Assembly: GCF_009834535.1 (NCBI RefSeq)
Contig: NC_045696.1
Coordinates: 31,374,001-31,438,000 of the forward strand
Reading direction: 5' to 3'
From: Camelus ferus
Taxonomy: Eukaryota
Length of the DNA stretch: 64,000 bases
Shown here one piece after another: positions 12,042 through 26,075 of this stretch. The translations under genes were made by a program, and so were the position numbers. The notes beneath the pieces are model-generated. The model made no database searches, was not told where the DNA came from, and saw only the letters and a program-made list of their open reading frames with translations. The number at the start of each line of letters is the position of its first letter. The first letter of the stretch is position 1.

Positions 12042-12744
12042 TCATAGATCATAGGTTATATAGGATTTAGAACTAGTAGGAAATAAAATGTACATTTCAT
12101 TTTCAATTTGCAAATGAGGAGACAGAATTGAATTAAAGCACTGAATAACTGGCCTAATTAAATGTATTTGGCTACTCTAACTGAAGATGAGAATGCTAGC
12201 CTCTTCATTTTCACATTTCTGTACTTACATCTACTTTTCAAAATCTGTAAATATGGCCATTTACTATATAAACGTTAAAGAAAGTCAACCTTTGATAAAA
12301 ATAAGTACTCAGCAGATTGCAAATATTTTATCATAACAGGATCTTGCCTGAATCACAGTTAATTTAAAATATTAACTATTAAATTCTTAAAAATATATGA
12401 TAAATATGAATGCCTTATATTGCAACTAGTAAAAGTAGAATTAATATCTAAAAACAGCACTAATCTTTGGAGAAGTTAAAGGGTTTTTCACTATGGTGCT
12501 TGACAGTGCCTACAATTGTTTTTTAACTGTAACTCACATAGCACAGATGAAGAATTAGAGATAATATTATATTGAGAACACATAGTAATACATTAGCATA
12601 GCTAAAGAATATTAGGAAATTACATCACCCTTTTGTCCTTATTCTTCAAGAACTCTACTACTAATTCTTTTGTTTTCCATCGTGAACTTTGTATGATAAG
12701 CAGTTGTTAGTTACTTTCCTTTACTTAAGATAATTGAATATATT

Positions 12745-13157
12745 TGTATTAATTTGCTAGGGCTTTTTTAACAAATACCACAGACTTGGTGACTTAAGCA
12801 ACAGGAATTTATTTTCTCACAGTTATGGAAGCTAGAGGTCCAAGATCAAGTGTCATCAGGCTAGGTTCATTCGGAGGTCTCCTTCCTTGCCTTCTAAGTA
12901 GCCATCTTCTCCCTTTGTCTTCAGTGGTCTTTTCTCCGTGTATGTGCAAGTCTGTGTGTAATGGCACTCTTCTTATAAGGACACCAGTCATATTGGATTA
13001 CGGCCCATTCATATTACCAGAGGACCTATTCAGTTTACCCTAATTGTATCTTTAACAACCCTGTGTCCAAATAGAGTCACATTTTGAGGCCCTAGGGTTT
13101 AGGACTTCAAAATATTAATCTGGGGAGTGGTGGAGGGACACAATTTTGCCTGTAACA
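12745..13157 (-). mobile_element. MLT1 (B/C-like) MaLR solo LTR
   Basis: 'tgtattaatttgctagggct...aaataccacagacttggtgacttaagcaacaggaatttattttctcacagtt...cttcttataaggacaccagtcatattggatta...tgtaaca'. Confidence 0.85.
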
Positions 13158-15003
13158 TAACCCTTATTATCTCACATTACCTACAGATGTATTGGTAATA
13201 TTTAAACTGTGAGAGAGACTGGGAAGTCTATGTTAATGAAATATATTAAAGAAATTACAGAACTATGCAGTATTCACCAATAAAATCTGTATCAGACAAT
13301 AACATTTTAGTTTCTTAGAAATTATTTTTCTCCTGACATATGAAGCAAGTATCTGTGCCTTTGGCACAGCAAAGTTGTCCCAGGGAAGAAGTGATATTAC
13401 ATTGTGGACTTTGTGGTTCATTCTCAACAGGAACAATTCAGATGCTGATTTTCTGCAAATTGTTGATATAATATGCTAGATTCAAACATAAAGGTTATTT
13501 AGACACATTAAATATTTACGTGATATGGAATGAAGTTAAGAAAAAATTTAACTGAAGGGACATTTCACAGATCTAAACTTTAAGATATAGAGAAAATAAT
13601 GTCATTGTAAAAAATCTTAAAAAAAAAGAATGGGATGAGCAAGCTAAGATCTAAATGTGTAATTAAGGTGTACATTCTAAGCCCTTTTTATAGTATAGTG
13701 ATCTCTTGGGCAGAAAATTATTGAAATTTTTGGCCCGGTTAAATGATCCTTAAAATGATCATTGGGATTTGGGCCTGCCAATTCTAAAATGGTCAGTTTC
13801 TTCTATATGATTTTTCCTTTCCTCCTTCCAAATTTTGTCTTATTCTTTCTTACAAATTTAAAGCTATTATGATCACAATTTGTCACTAAAACCTACATAG
13901 AACAATTTTAAAGATAAATAAAAATATAATTATATCTATTAATGTGTGAAAGGAAACTATCCGTTTCATAGGCCTAAGGTTATCTATAAATGTAATTTCA
14001 GATCTACTGTGACTTACAATGTTTTTGATCTAGTTCTAGCAATCCTATCAATATCTTGTTAATTGCCCAATCAATTAACAATTGGTCACTGACTTTGCTG
14101 ACTTTGTTATGTTTTACCTGCAAAAGAATGCTTTCCACATAGCCAACAAATTATCTAGTAATATTAATAATAATGATAATGATAATAATAATAATCAGCT
14201 AAGTTTTTGACAGTAACTGTAGTTTCTGTATTTAAACCATAAAAGCTTTCCAGAATATTTTCAAATGACACATTTGAAAGTCATGATTTTAACCATCCCA
14301 AAATAAAATTAGATTCACCATACAAAACTATTAATATCTCTCCTAAATGTTCCTTTGACATACCTGAAAAGTCAATGTAACATTTTGAGGACTACTGTAA
14401 ACTTTCCTCTGAAGATCTCTAATTATTATGAATATGAATAACTTTTTTTATTTTATAAACTGGGAAACAAAGGGGGTGAAATAACTTACTCATATGCACA
14501 TGTAGGAGTACAGACTAATCTAAGGGTCACATGACTTCTTTCCCATTTTTACTGCATGATACCAATCAACATACTAAATCACTATCGTAAGGCATATATC
14601 TTCAAATTATTATTTTGAAATGATGTTGTCATTATACGACGATAGAAAAATATTCCATTATGTACAGAATGAACACTCATGTTTGTTTAAAGCCAGAGCT
14701 AGCTTATATAGAATTTCTGAGGCTTAGCCAAATTTTAAAATAAATGTGGTAAAAATAATTTACCTATTTAAAATTTTATTTAAATATAATGACCCAAAAC
14801 TATTCAGGTATAAAAAAATGATGTTTTTGCAATGGTGCAGTATATAATACAACATTGATGTGTATTTACTTTTTTGATTGATTGCTGATATAAACCTTAT
14901 TTCATATGAAGTGAATTAAAAATGAAATGTTCATGAAGGACTTTCCTTAATGATACTCCCTATATAGCTTCATAGCTTGTGGCTACTGCATTAGGTCTGT
15001 TTC

Positions 15004-15026
15004 AAAAAAAAAAAAAAAAAAAAAAA
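15004..15026 (+). repeat. Poly(A)23 tract
   Basis: Read directly from the sequence. Confidence 0.95.
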
Positions 15027-15824
15027 CACACTTAAATCCCTGCAGCTGTCTGTAGCATTCAGAATCTTTGTTTTCATATGAAAAGGCATATCTGAGTACA
15101 GACAATAATCTTTTCAAGTTTTATGGTTGCTGTGAGCATTGGCTCCTACTGAGGATCAACTGCCTTGAGCTGCAAAAAAAATCACAACCTTCAATCCTCC
15201 TGCTAAGAAGAAAACCCAAAATGGCAGAGGAGATTTTTGTAGTTCCTAAGATAACTTGTGAAGGCTTTAACTGCTTGAAAATTTGTCCTGTACAGGACAT
15301 CATATGAAAATGTCAGGAAGAGAACTACAGCCAATTAAACAAGGAAAACCAACTACCAAACACAATTCAAAATGGAAAGTAATAGAGAGCAGTAGTCATG
15401 CAAATGAGTGGGAAGAACAATAATCGTATTTTCAAATAAATAAATATCTTCCATATGACCTGGCTTTTACAATATCAGATTTAAGCACATTATAGTAAAT
15501 AAAAGTTTTCATCTCATAAGGTTTTTCTGATCTGTCTTTCAAAGAGAGTTTAGCACTTTCTATTGCACAGTATATCCCTTAAGAATCATTGTTTTATAAC
15601 AACAGTAAGTTACATATTTAAAAAAAATTATGTATACGACACATTAATCTATTTTATATGTATAAATCAATGCATAGAGAATGTCTAGATAATTATTACT
15701 AAAATACTAATGACAATATGTGAGTAGCTTCAACTTTTACATTTGTATTTTTGTAAGTTGATGTTTGTTTTATCATACTGATATTTCTACAAAACAAATT
15801 TAAAAATCTATTATTTGATGATGA

Positions 15825-16380
15825 TTCCTAAGTATAGATCTCCAACTGTGAACTTCCAACTCATAAACTCTTGTTTATATGGATATTTATGTTAATAAGT
15901 GTAATGGGCATTTCAAACTTAACATTACAAAACAAAATTCTATTTCAGTCATCAAACTTGTTTCCCCCTCAACATCTTCCATCCCAGGATGTGGCAACTT
16001 CAGTCTTCTAGTCTTTATGGACAGATATCTTGTAGTGATCCTTGACTCCTCTTTTTAGCAAATACCCCAAATTCAAACCTTGATAAAATCTAGTCAACTT
16101 TAACTTTGAAATATATCTAAAAATCACCACTTTTCCCCACCTATACTGCTGGCATCTTTGTCTAAGCCACCATTACCTCTTGTGTAAATGTCCTAACTGG
16201 TTTCCTTTTTCCTACTCTTATTCTTCTATAGTCCATGGCAAACAGTGCAGCCAGAGATAACCTTTTAAAATATAGGTCAGTTTTTGGCATCCTTTGTTCA
16301 AAATCATCTGCAGTGGTTTTCTAATGTTTATCAGCATAAAATTCCAAATTCTCATAGTACTACGGAGGCTACCCAATTTC
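15825..16380 (+). mobile_element. L2 fragment
   Basis: 'taatgggcatttcaaacttaacat', 'gtgatccttgactcctcttttt', 'gtctaagccaccattacctctt', 'acagtgcagccagagataacctttt'. Confidence 0.65.
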
Positions 16381-16728
16381 CATTTTTGCTCATTCTACTT
16401 CTTCACTAATTGAATTCTGGATTGAAACTGTGATTATCTCCAAAAATTCACTTCCTATCTTGCCTTACAGAGAGAGATAAGATGGAGGTCTAAAAGATGT
16501 AAGCAGAAATGTTTATGGTAGTTTCAGGATAGATAGCAGGTTCAGTCGGCACTCCTATTTTGTCTTCGGTCTTTCCTCATTTCAGTATTTTGGAATGGGA
16601 GAGTGTCATTTAAACTTGGCAGCTATCTTATAGGGACAGAGATCATGTTCCATGTAACGTTTTAACCTATCTTCACACAAGTTCAATATGATGTCATTCT
16701 TTGTTGAATATCCTGCCTGTGTCTTTGC

Positions 16729-17178
16729 TTTAGAGTAAGTTAAATGGTGACCCTCCAAAAGATAATAACTAGCCTCTAATTCTTAGAACCTGTAAACGTG
16801 ACCTTATTTGGAAAAAGGGTCTTTGCAGATTTAATGATTTAAAGGGTCTCAAGATGAGATAGTCCTGGATTATATCGGTGGGCCCTAATGCCAATCAAAG
16901 TGTCCTTATAAGAGACACACAGGAGAAGACAGACAGAGAAAGCCACGTGCAGACAGAGGGGAGAGATTGGAATTATGCAGTCATAAACCAAGGAATGCCT
17001 GGTGCCACCACAGACTGAAAGGGGCACAGGATTCTCCCCTAGCGACTCCAGAGGAAGTGTGACTCCACTGAACATCTTCTGAGTCCTGGTATCTAAAACT
17101 ATGAGATAACAAATTCCTATTGTTTAAAGTCATCCAGTTTGTAGGAATGCATTACAGCAGCCTCAGGAAGTGAATACA
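16729..17178 (+). mobile_element. MLT1C/D-like MaLR solo LTR
   Basis: 'aacctgtaaacgtgaccttatttggaaaaagggtctttgcagat...gtgtccttataagagac...aaccaaggaatgcctgg...attacagcagcctcaggaagtgaataca'. Confidence 0.85.
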
Positions 17179-19053
17179 GAGCCTCTGCATTAGCTCTTCC
17201 CTTCCCTGAGAACAAATGTATCTTATACATTTGCTACAAATATTGCTGCAGAAGTACATTCAGGTCTCAGAGGTGTTTTTTTTTTTTTTTTTTTTCCACT
17301 ACAATTTTCACATATCTCTTTGTTATTTTGTATCTGCATATCTCACTTAAATAGATTCATAAGAACTGAGACTTCATTATCATCATCTCTTGGAAGGTGT
17401 CTCCATTAGATTAGGCACACAATAAGTATTTGATTTATCTATTGCAACTAATTAGGAACTAATAAGTATTTATTAAACCAATGAACAAAACTGAAAACAA
17501 TAAACTGACCTTTACATTTTGTGCTTCTAATTAGTCTTATTTCTATCACTAGAAAAGACAAGTCATGAGTTTCATAATTTCATTTCAATTTATTCTTTAT
17601 GATGTTAGAGAAGGTATCATCAATAATACGGAATGGAAAGGGAGGTAAGAACACTTTACCATTTACCTACACTTTATAGCTTTTCACTTTCCAAGCAGCA
17701 GTTTCTTCCGTTTGTTGTTTAGAAGAAATACTGAGTTTAGGCTAATATATACTTTTTAAAATATACAACACATAGATTTTTATATACAAAATAAGCTAAT
17801 TTTGTAAAACAAATCAGCTATTTATTTTTCCACTTAAATATCTACACAGAATAAATTTACTCATATCAATGACATGTGGCTCACAATATTTATGTAACCC
17901 TTTATTTTCAATCCTCATTGATTTGCCAGCTCAGTCCTGACACTAGTAATGGTCTTGAGACATGACTTGGCAAAGTACGGATATGAAGAGGAAGAGTACA
18001 GAGAAAAGAAAATTACCAGCCAAGAAGCTTCTGAAACCCTGAAAATAAGGCATCAGTAGAAGAGTCTTTTGAGAAAACAATATGAATAAGCATTATTGAA
18101 TAGGCACAGGCAGGCATCTTTGGCAGGTGTATAATACAATAAAGAGGATTAAGATGCCTATGCTAAAGTGATGGGCCTCTAAAAAAATAAATATCCTGAA
18201 ACAACTCTGGCAAATATCCTTATGTATAGTCAGATTAATCAATAATAACATTGTCTGTGTCTTTTATTCTATTCTGTGCATCATAGCTCATTTAAGGAGC
18301 CTGAAATTTAAATCAGGAAGTTGATATTATATTAGCTTAGCAAAATTTTGTGGAACTTAAGAAAGAATTTAAATAGTAAGGATAAAGCCTATAATATTTT
18401 CCTCTACCTCTAGTAATATGTAAACTGCATTACGAGGAATGCACTATTAAACTAAAAAATTGTATGTAAACAATTAAAATTGTATTTTGACAATACAGCC
18501 ATTTTCCAGGAGGTTTTCAAAGACACTTTAAAAAAGTCTTGTTTTTTGAAATGTCCATGTATGAATCCCCCCAATATCCTTTTTTAAGAAATCACTTTTG
18601 AAAAACTGTTTTAAAAAGTTTTAAGTATGTGTGTGCCCTCTGGGCCTCTGCATGATGTGGGGTTTGGGGGAATGGTGACTACTTGTTGTTTTGTTAAAAA
18701 TATTTTAAGAATGATTTTAACATAGAAAATTCACTCCTGATCTTGAAATATATCTTATTATGTCTTTACCAGTCCAGGAAAAATATTTATAGATAAATAT
18801 TTATTTTCCTAAAGCACAAAATTCTATCAGCTATGAGAAAATCAACATAAATATAATGATTTGTCATGTGAGAAGAAAACTTGCCATTTTAAGAAAAACA
18901 TTTATAATTTTAAAATTATATTTGAACATATGACTCTGAATTTTTATTAAAATTTTCCTTCAAGTGAAGAGCTGGTATATAAAAGTGGTCTTAATAGAAG
19001 AGTTTAAAAATATCATTAAGGCTTTTTATGTAGAGAAAGATAAGTAGATAGAA

Positions 19054-19093
19054 GTATTCTGACTACATTACTACATTTATGTAGTCAGAATAC
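19054..19093. repeat. Perfect inverted repeat, 15-bp arms, 10-nt loop
   Basis: GTATTCTGACTACAT-tactacattt-ATGTAGTCAGAATAC. Confidence 0.95.
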
Positions 19094-20939
19094 ATATAAA
19101 TGTACCCATACATTACATACCTTTTTTCTCATTCTTTTTAAAATAGAAACTAGAATGGTTTAGAGTGAATTAGTACATACCATCAGGGACAACACTAAAG
19201 GCACAAGTGTTTTCATGTCTGCTGTATGAGAGCCAGAGCTATTCAGTTTTGCTTCAAGCTTCTTCCCTAAAAACAACCCAGGAGACTGCTTTCTTATACC
19301 AAATGGGGGTACCTCTGATGGTACATATTAATTTATATTGGCAGGAAGTTTTGGAAGTCAGCCATTTGCCAGCTTTCCAAGTACAAATTGTACAGCTAAA
19401 GATGTTACAGCAGTAGGTAGGTACAGAAAAGTAGAAACCATGAAAAATAAAAGTGAATTACTATTCATTTCTTAGAGTTAGTACTGAAAGAATTGAGAAT
19501 TGATAAAATTTTCAAATCGGGAGCCTAATTTTAAGGCTTTTTTGAACAAAGTAGCCTGTGTATTAATTAAGTTTTATGCTAGAACAGACATATAAGTTTA
19601 GAATTTGGATCTAAAAATATTTAAAATTTGGATCTACAAAATAACTGAGAATGAAAAATATGTTTATTCAAAAAATGGGACTGCTTCTGAAGAACCTTTA
19701 CTTGTTCAAGAATTTTCAATCAATCTGTATCAAGGTATATAAAATTATTAATATATTTTCAGTGTCACTGGTAAGAATCCCATAAACTATCATTACCATT
19801 CAATGGTTTACAGTAAAAAGGTTTAAAATACGAATTTAAGAGGAAAAAGAAAGGAAAAGAAATGGTATCTATGACCTGAATTGCTCACGCAAAGATACCA
19901 TTTTAATAGTTTTTAAAAGTGTTTTATTCAACCTTAATATCCCAAATTTGAAAGATAATTAATCTATTTCAACTATTCATATTTCCTCATAACCCAGTTT
20001 AAGCCAGTTCCCATAAGAAATATTAACTCTCATTATTATTGAAAATTGCATATTTTTAAATTAACCCATTGATTTGCTAATTACACTCTCTACCTCTGGA
20101 AAATTCTTCTGTTAACTTCACTAGACGATGGAGGAAAATATAAGGGTGTATTTTGATTTCGGATTCTTTTATGCATTGAAATGATGGTTATATTTGTAAG
20201 TTATATTTGTGATTTAAATATTATTTTAATGTCCCTGAATATGAATGATGAAATAATTGCTATATTGTTTATCATTAAACAAATACACAGGAAAGAACAA
20301 TAGCCTTCAAAGCAATCACCTTGGGAAGCTTTAAAGCCACTGATATCCTTGTCATTTACAGACACTATATCAAGGTATGGATTTTTAAAAATTGGTTTAA
20401 ATAACTGACCTTATCAGTTATTCTTCCTTTGAGAGTGAATCTGATTTTTGAGAAAGAAAATGCATAGTTGAATAAGTTTCCGATGAAAATAAATAATGCA
20501 AAAAACGACGTGTGCATTCTTGGAGATAACAGTATTAAGGATCCATAGAAGTGGAGTTTAATCCTACAACTATAAATAAAAATGATATGGTTTTAAATAA
20601 TTTAAATAAACTTTCAGGTTCAGGTTCTTCTTCTGAAAAATAAGACAGTTTATATCAATTTTGTCCTTTTGTTCTTAGAGCTGAATTTAAAAGTATGAAA
20701 TGACCTATTACATATAAAATAGACTGCATTTATCTGAATGTTATCAGATTGCAAAAAAAAACAAAACGCTATAGCCTATGAGAAAAGAAGAAAAGTGAAA
20801 AGTTTCTTGTAATCTTTTCCTCCTTTGGAAACCAATGTTAATAATATATATATATACACACACATACATACACACATATATATATCATACCAGAGAAAAA
20901 AGAAAAGAGAAATTTTTAACCAAATAAATAATTATTTTC

Positions 20940-21320
20940 ATTTTCTGACTATGATGGAGTAATAGGAACCAGATTTACCATTCTGACTTAAACAAATAGA
21001 AATCTAGATGACATCTGAAAATCTGTTTTCAGATATTAGACAATAAGCAGCACAAATCTGTGAATCCCTGATAGGAGGGACAAAAAAGTCTTGTAACTGT
21101 TAACACCTTTAGTCACTGCCTGAAGGTAGTTTTAAGGCCTCAGTGAAGAGATGGAAAACTCAAACAGAATTTTTCTCACAATAATAGTTAATCCAAAAAT
21201 AAAGCAGAAAACCAGTAAGGATACAAAAGATTGGAACAATTTGTCCTAATTAATATTTATAGAGCAGTGCAAGCAACAATGGTATAATACACATTTTTTT
21301 CCGTAAGTGTAGATGGAAGA
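20940..21320 (+). mobile_element. Old L1 fragments (5' region and ORF2 endonuclease remnants)
   Basis: 'atgatggagtaataggaaccagatttacc', 'gcagaaaaccagtaaggatacaaaagattggaacaat', 'tatttatagagcagtgc...atacacatttttt'. Confidence 0.5.
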
Positions 21321-23154
21321 TCATGATGGTCCTCATGAACCAGGTTGAGGTACTTGGACTTATCCTTAAGCAAAGGGATGACAGTGAAATCCCCCTACTT
21401 TTACTTACATTCAGGTCATGGAAGATTATAGGCACAAAATAAATATCTTCCTGGAAGTTTATGATTTATATGTGTCCAATGAGACATCAAGGCCATGTCA
21501 TGATCTGATAGTGAAACCAGGAAGCCCACGTGTGTAACTCTTTGAACAGCTAGAAAAACAAAGAATAATCATTCTGCTAGTTCTACATCATAATATTGAA
21601 AAAGAATTCTGAAACAAGATGATACACCTTCCGTCTTTATGGTTTATAATACTGATACATCAAATCTTAAGAAGAAAAGAAAAGGATATTAGGAGTGATT
21701 ATTTTAAGCTAAGAATGATCAACTAGTCTCATTCTGTTATGAGAGGATGGTAAAATACAGAACGAAAGAGTTTTCCCTTTCACCTCAGGATTTTAAGAAC
21801 TATTGTTCATCTCTCTTTCCAACTCTTTCCCCTGATGCCTGACTACAACCTTTGATGGGGGTTCCTTAAATATTTGTGTCTCTGATATACCATGTTGATA
21901 ATTTTTGATTAATAGATTGTATGTGTTTTTTTTTTTGAAATGTAGGTTTATTCTTTGAAAAGAATTGACATGATCATAAGCATTTGTATTTTCTAGTGGT
22001 GATTTAGGAATGCTAAGTAAGAAGTGATAGAAAATGTTAGGAATTTACATTAGCATTATTTCAATATTATTTCAAATTTATTAGATTTCATTCATAAATA
22101 CTTTGCTAAAGTGTCTTTGCTTTTTAGCTTTGGGGGGTTTTGTTCTATTGAGCCATTGAATAGTTAACCATCCTTGAACTCATAATTGTAATAATCACTG
22201 GTAGATGCAGAGTAATGCCTCATGATGATATCTTCCTAAATTAAAATTTTCTGGCTTATTACTTTTCCTTTAATTTTTAAGAACAACAGCATTTTGCTTA
22301 TTCCAATATTTCTATTTAACAGGTTTGAAAAACTGAGACTTTTATTCTCTACTCTTCTGAGGAACTTTGAACCCAACCTGCTTCAATAATAGCCCACAGA
22401 CCGGGGTCTGTCTGAAGGCCCTAATTGGTATGTGTGAAGTGCAGTGGTAGATAGCAGCTTAATTTGTATGCAAGAGTCGGTATAAGAAGTATGACACTCA
22501 CAGTGAAAGCAGAAAACAGCAAGCCAACAGTTCAAGACTAGTCATTCAGATAGACTCAAGGTCACTTCCTTTTGTCTGTGTTTCTTACAAAGAGTTACTT
22601 AGAGGTGGAAGATGGAAGAAATGAATTTTTCATGAAATATAGTGCCTGAGGAAACGAAAAAAAATATCTATTCTACTATGTAGACCTAGAGCAAAGGAAA
22701 GGCCAGTAGACTACAAAATGTCCTGGAAAAGGCTCGACTCTTTCTTCTACCACACAGTTGGGTGAATGGGACATGGCAGTGACTAGTAATGTATCAATTT
22801 CCCTTAGGTATAAATCTGGATGATAAAAGAATATGAGAAAAACATTTTCCATCTGTGCCCAGGGAAGGATTCAGAATTCCCTATATCAAGAGCAACATCT
22901 AGAACTCTGTTTATATTATATAGCAAATAGTAATGATTTTTTTAACTGTCTACCCATATTTCTGTTTAATGTTTGGAAATTTTGTAATATTCTCATTGCA
23001 TCTATAATATAAACCATTAAATTTGAATTCATAATTACAAGGGACATTTTAAAGAAATATATCAGTAAATATTTTCGTTCTTACTGCTAATAGTTCTCTA
23101 AGCAATTTCTGTAGGTCCCACTCTGAATCTTATGATCTTACGTAGGGGAGTATA

Positions 23155-23265
23155 AAAGAGAAATGGATTTAAAAAAAGAGAAAGTGAAAAAAATAGAAAA
23201 AAGAAAAGGAAGGGAGGAAAGAAGGAGGGAAGAAAGGAAAGGAGGAAGGGAGGGAAGGAGAAAAA
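23155..23265 (+). repeat. Purine-rich (GGAA/GA) low-complexity tract
   Basis: 'aagaaaaggaagggaggaaagaaggagggaagaaaggaaaggaggaagggagggaagg'. Confidence 0.85.
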
Positions 23266-26075
23266 GACTGACTTTACAATATAAGATATATGATTATATA
23301 TTGGTAACAAATTAGAAAATACATGTGTATAAGTATTATAATGGATAACTAGTATTTTACACTTCCTAAGAGTCAGCCACATTTAAAATGTTAGAATATC
23401 CATCTGAAACAAATATATATTTCTAGGTGTTATGTAAGTAAACATAAATTTGTTCCAGTGAATATTTTTGTTAGCTTAATCTACATCAGCCCTGCTCATT
23501 CTACCCATTTAACATTGTTTATTCTTCCTAAGCCTTGATGCAGGTGAACCTGACTCCTATGAGAGCTGTTAGTTTTCTCTAATGTTAAACTCTTACTCTT
23601 TTTTTTCCTTTTCTTTCTCTCCTTCCCTTCCTCCTTCTTACTTTCCTTCCATTTTACTTCTTTAGTCTTTCTTTTAACCTGATTTCTTTCCTGCCTTCCT
23701 TATTTTATCTTCCTTCTTTTTAATTACATGCAGTACATACTGGATGAGATTTCAGGTTTTCCACCTGAAAGTGTTACTAGGATTATTATTAAAAGTTTTG
23801 TCATTATCATCTATATTAACAAGGTAAAAAGAAGCAAAATGATTTAAAATGCCTAAATAGTGGCAGATAACTAAATAGATAAATGAAATTAGCTGAAAAA
23901 CAGTTTGAAATAAAGAGCAGGTAAATTAAACAGCTCTTATTTTTTACTAATCGCTATTGGCTTTAGTGCCTGAAAAGATGATGGGCTGGTAAATTCCGTT
24001 GCCTTAGGGAATGCAACAGCAGTGCAGATGGGATGGAGCTCTTCCATCTGAATATAAACCTTATAGAAGGAATTACCTTAAGGAATGAGGATAGGTTCTG
24101 TTTCAGGTAAATTTGACACAATCTTTCTATGAAAACAACCAACAAATAGCCTGGGTCAAAACTACTGGAAAATGTTATGATTTGCCAAAAAAACCAAAAA
24201 ACAAAACCCACAAACAAAAAACACCAAAGACCAAATTATCATAATTAAAACAAGAGCATGGGATTAGAGCACAGTGAACCGTATCCCAGCCAGGAATGAA
24301 AATGTACAGAATTTCTGCATCTACTACAGAACCCGAGCCATAAATTCTCAAGACAGTTTTCTATAAATATATTCTATTTGTTTAATTCTAAAGACTGAAA
24401 TCTGAAGGGAATTACTTCAGCCTTAAAACATAATTTATTTTGAATAGATAGAGGTTTTAAAATTCTCTGAATTCATGATATTGAAATTGAGAAGCTAATT
24501 TTGGCCACTATTGACACATTTAAAAAATCATCAGTATTCAAGTCCCAGCTTTCCATTTTGTATAGTGTGTATGTCTCACACATTCTAGCTGCTAGCTTAT
24601 GGATCTATAGGGAGCACAGTTATGAAAAACAAAATTGCATGCAGTGTGCCTATCAAATTATAATTCTTCTAAGTGAAAAAAAAATTGAAATATGATGCAT
24701 ATAGCACTCCTCTCCACCTACATGCATGCTGAATATCTGTTGAAAATCTGGAGCATCTGACATTGGTTGAATAAATGATTTGGTATTATTTTAACTTTTA
24801 TCTACCTCTTGGCTGTTCTTTAAATAGCTATATCCCTGGTAGTTATCAAGTGAGTATTAGGACTCTTCCAAAGAAGAGTGTTTTAATAGGTTAGACATAT
24901 TTTGTTCACTTTCCTATAACTCTTGAAAAAATATTAAGCAGTTTATCTTATACATTGTATTTTTATCAAGCTAAAATTTTATGATCTTTAAAGAAATGAC
25001 TACACTAGCAAATTTATTGCTCAAGACAACTTTATTGCCTCCCTGAGTCTATTACCTATAAGAGTGCAAGGATCCTGCTTCATACTTCTATCTCAGATCC
25101 AGTGAGAGCACCTGGCACATAGTAGGGGCATCCATGGGTTATAGAGCGCAAGAATACAATGGTACTATACCTGTCCATTTGTTTTCCTTTGTACTTTGCA
25201 TACTGAATAAGAACAACTGTTCAGGGCATTTAATTGTGTGAATTCATGGAATGGAACCTCACATTCTCTTGTGTGTCTGTGTTGCTGGGAGACCTAGGTT
25301 ACTGCCTACAATTTGTTTTTGTACTGAAAAAAGCTGCAGAAACCCAACCCAACGGTTTTTGGCAAAGAAGCTCCCTTTCATCATGCACCTCCCTCCCTTG
25401 GGACTTGGAGAGTCTTCTCTCCCCGGAAGGCTCAGGCATTTGCAACTCTTTACACCTACTGTGTCCCTTGAGATACATTATTTTCCCAAATTTCAACAGA
25501 AGAGTTGGATTGACATTGTCTCACATTATTTTTTCACACTTTTTCCAACTCTCAGGAAAATAAGAACCACTTGATTGCAACACCAGTGCTACTGCTGCTT
25601 TTGTTATTAACTCTTTGCTATAATTAACACCACTTTAACTTATCTAACTTGTCATCTTATTCTTATCCTTCTATTAAAATATTTCTTTCAGATTCATCTG
25701 AATCTTTCTTTGATTATAATTCTCAGTATGGTACCTGGATTCCTGATTCCAGATATGTCAGGATAAAATTTATTTCCTGTATCTTTATCCTGAATCTTTC
25801 AAAATTTTACAGTTTTACCATGGAAGTAAAAATCAGTTTCTCATAATGGTACTTTTGATTAAGAAATTATTCTACCCATGGGCTGCAAACGTATTGCAAT
25901 TCTAGCTTATTTAGAACCTCTCTTTATCTACCTCTCATGATAGGGGAAAAGGAAAAAATTACTACTATGTAGCATTTCCCCAGTTAATATTTAAAACATT
26001 GTTGAAAGTCTTTTCAAACTCACAGCATTATATAAGTTTCTCTGCTGAAGCACATATCTTCCCCAGTCCCTACAC

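Noticed and set aside
15004..15026. Poly(A) as the tail of a retroposed RNA
   Set aside because: No recognisable element body or TSD. Treated as a simple run, as is the T20 at 17276-17295.
23155..23720. Purine tract and downstream pyrimidine tract as a long inverted repeat
   Set aside because: Complementarity is only compositional, with no specific alignment seen.
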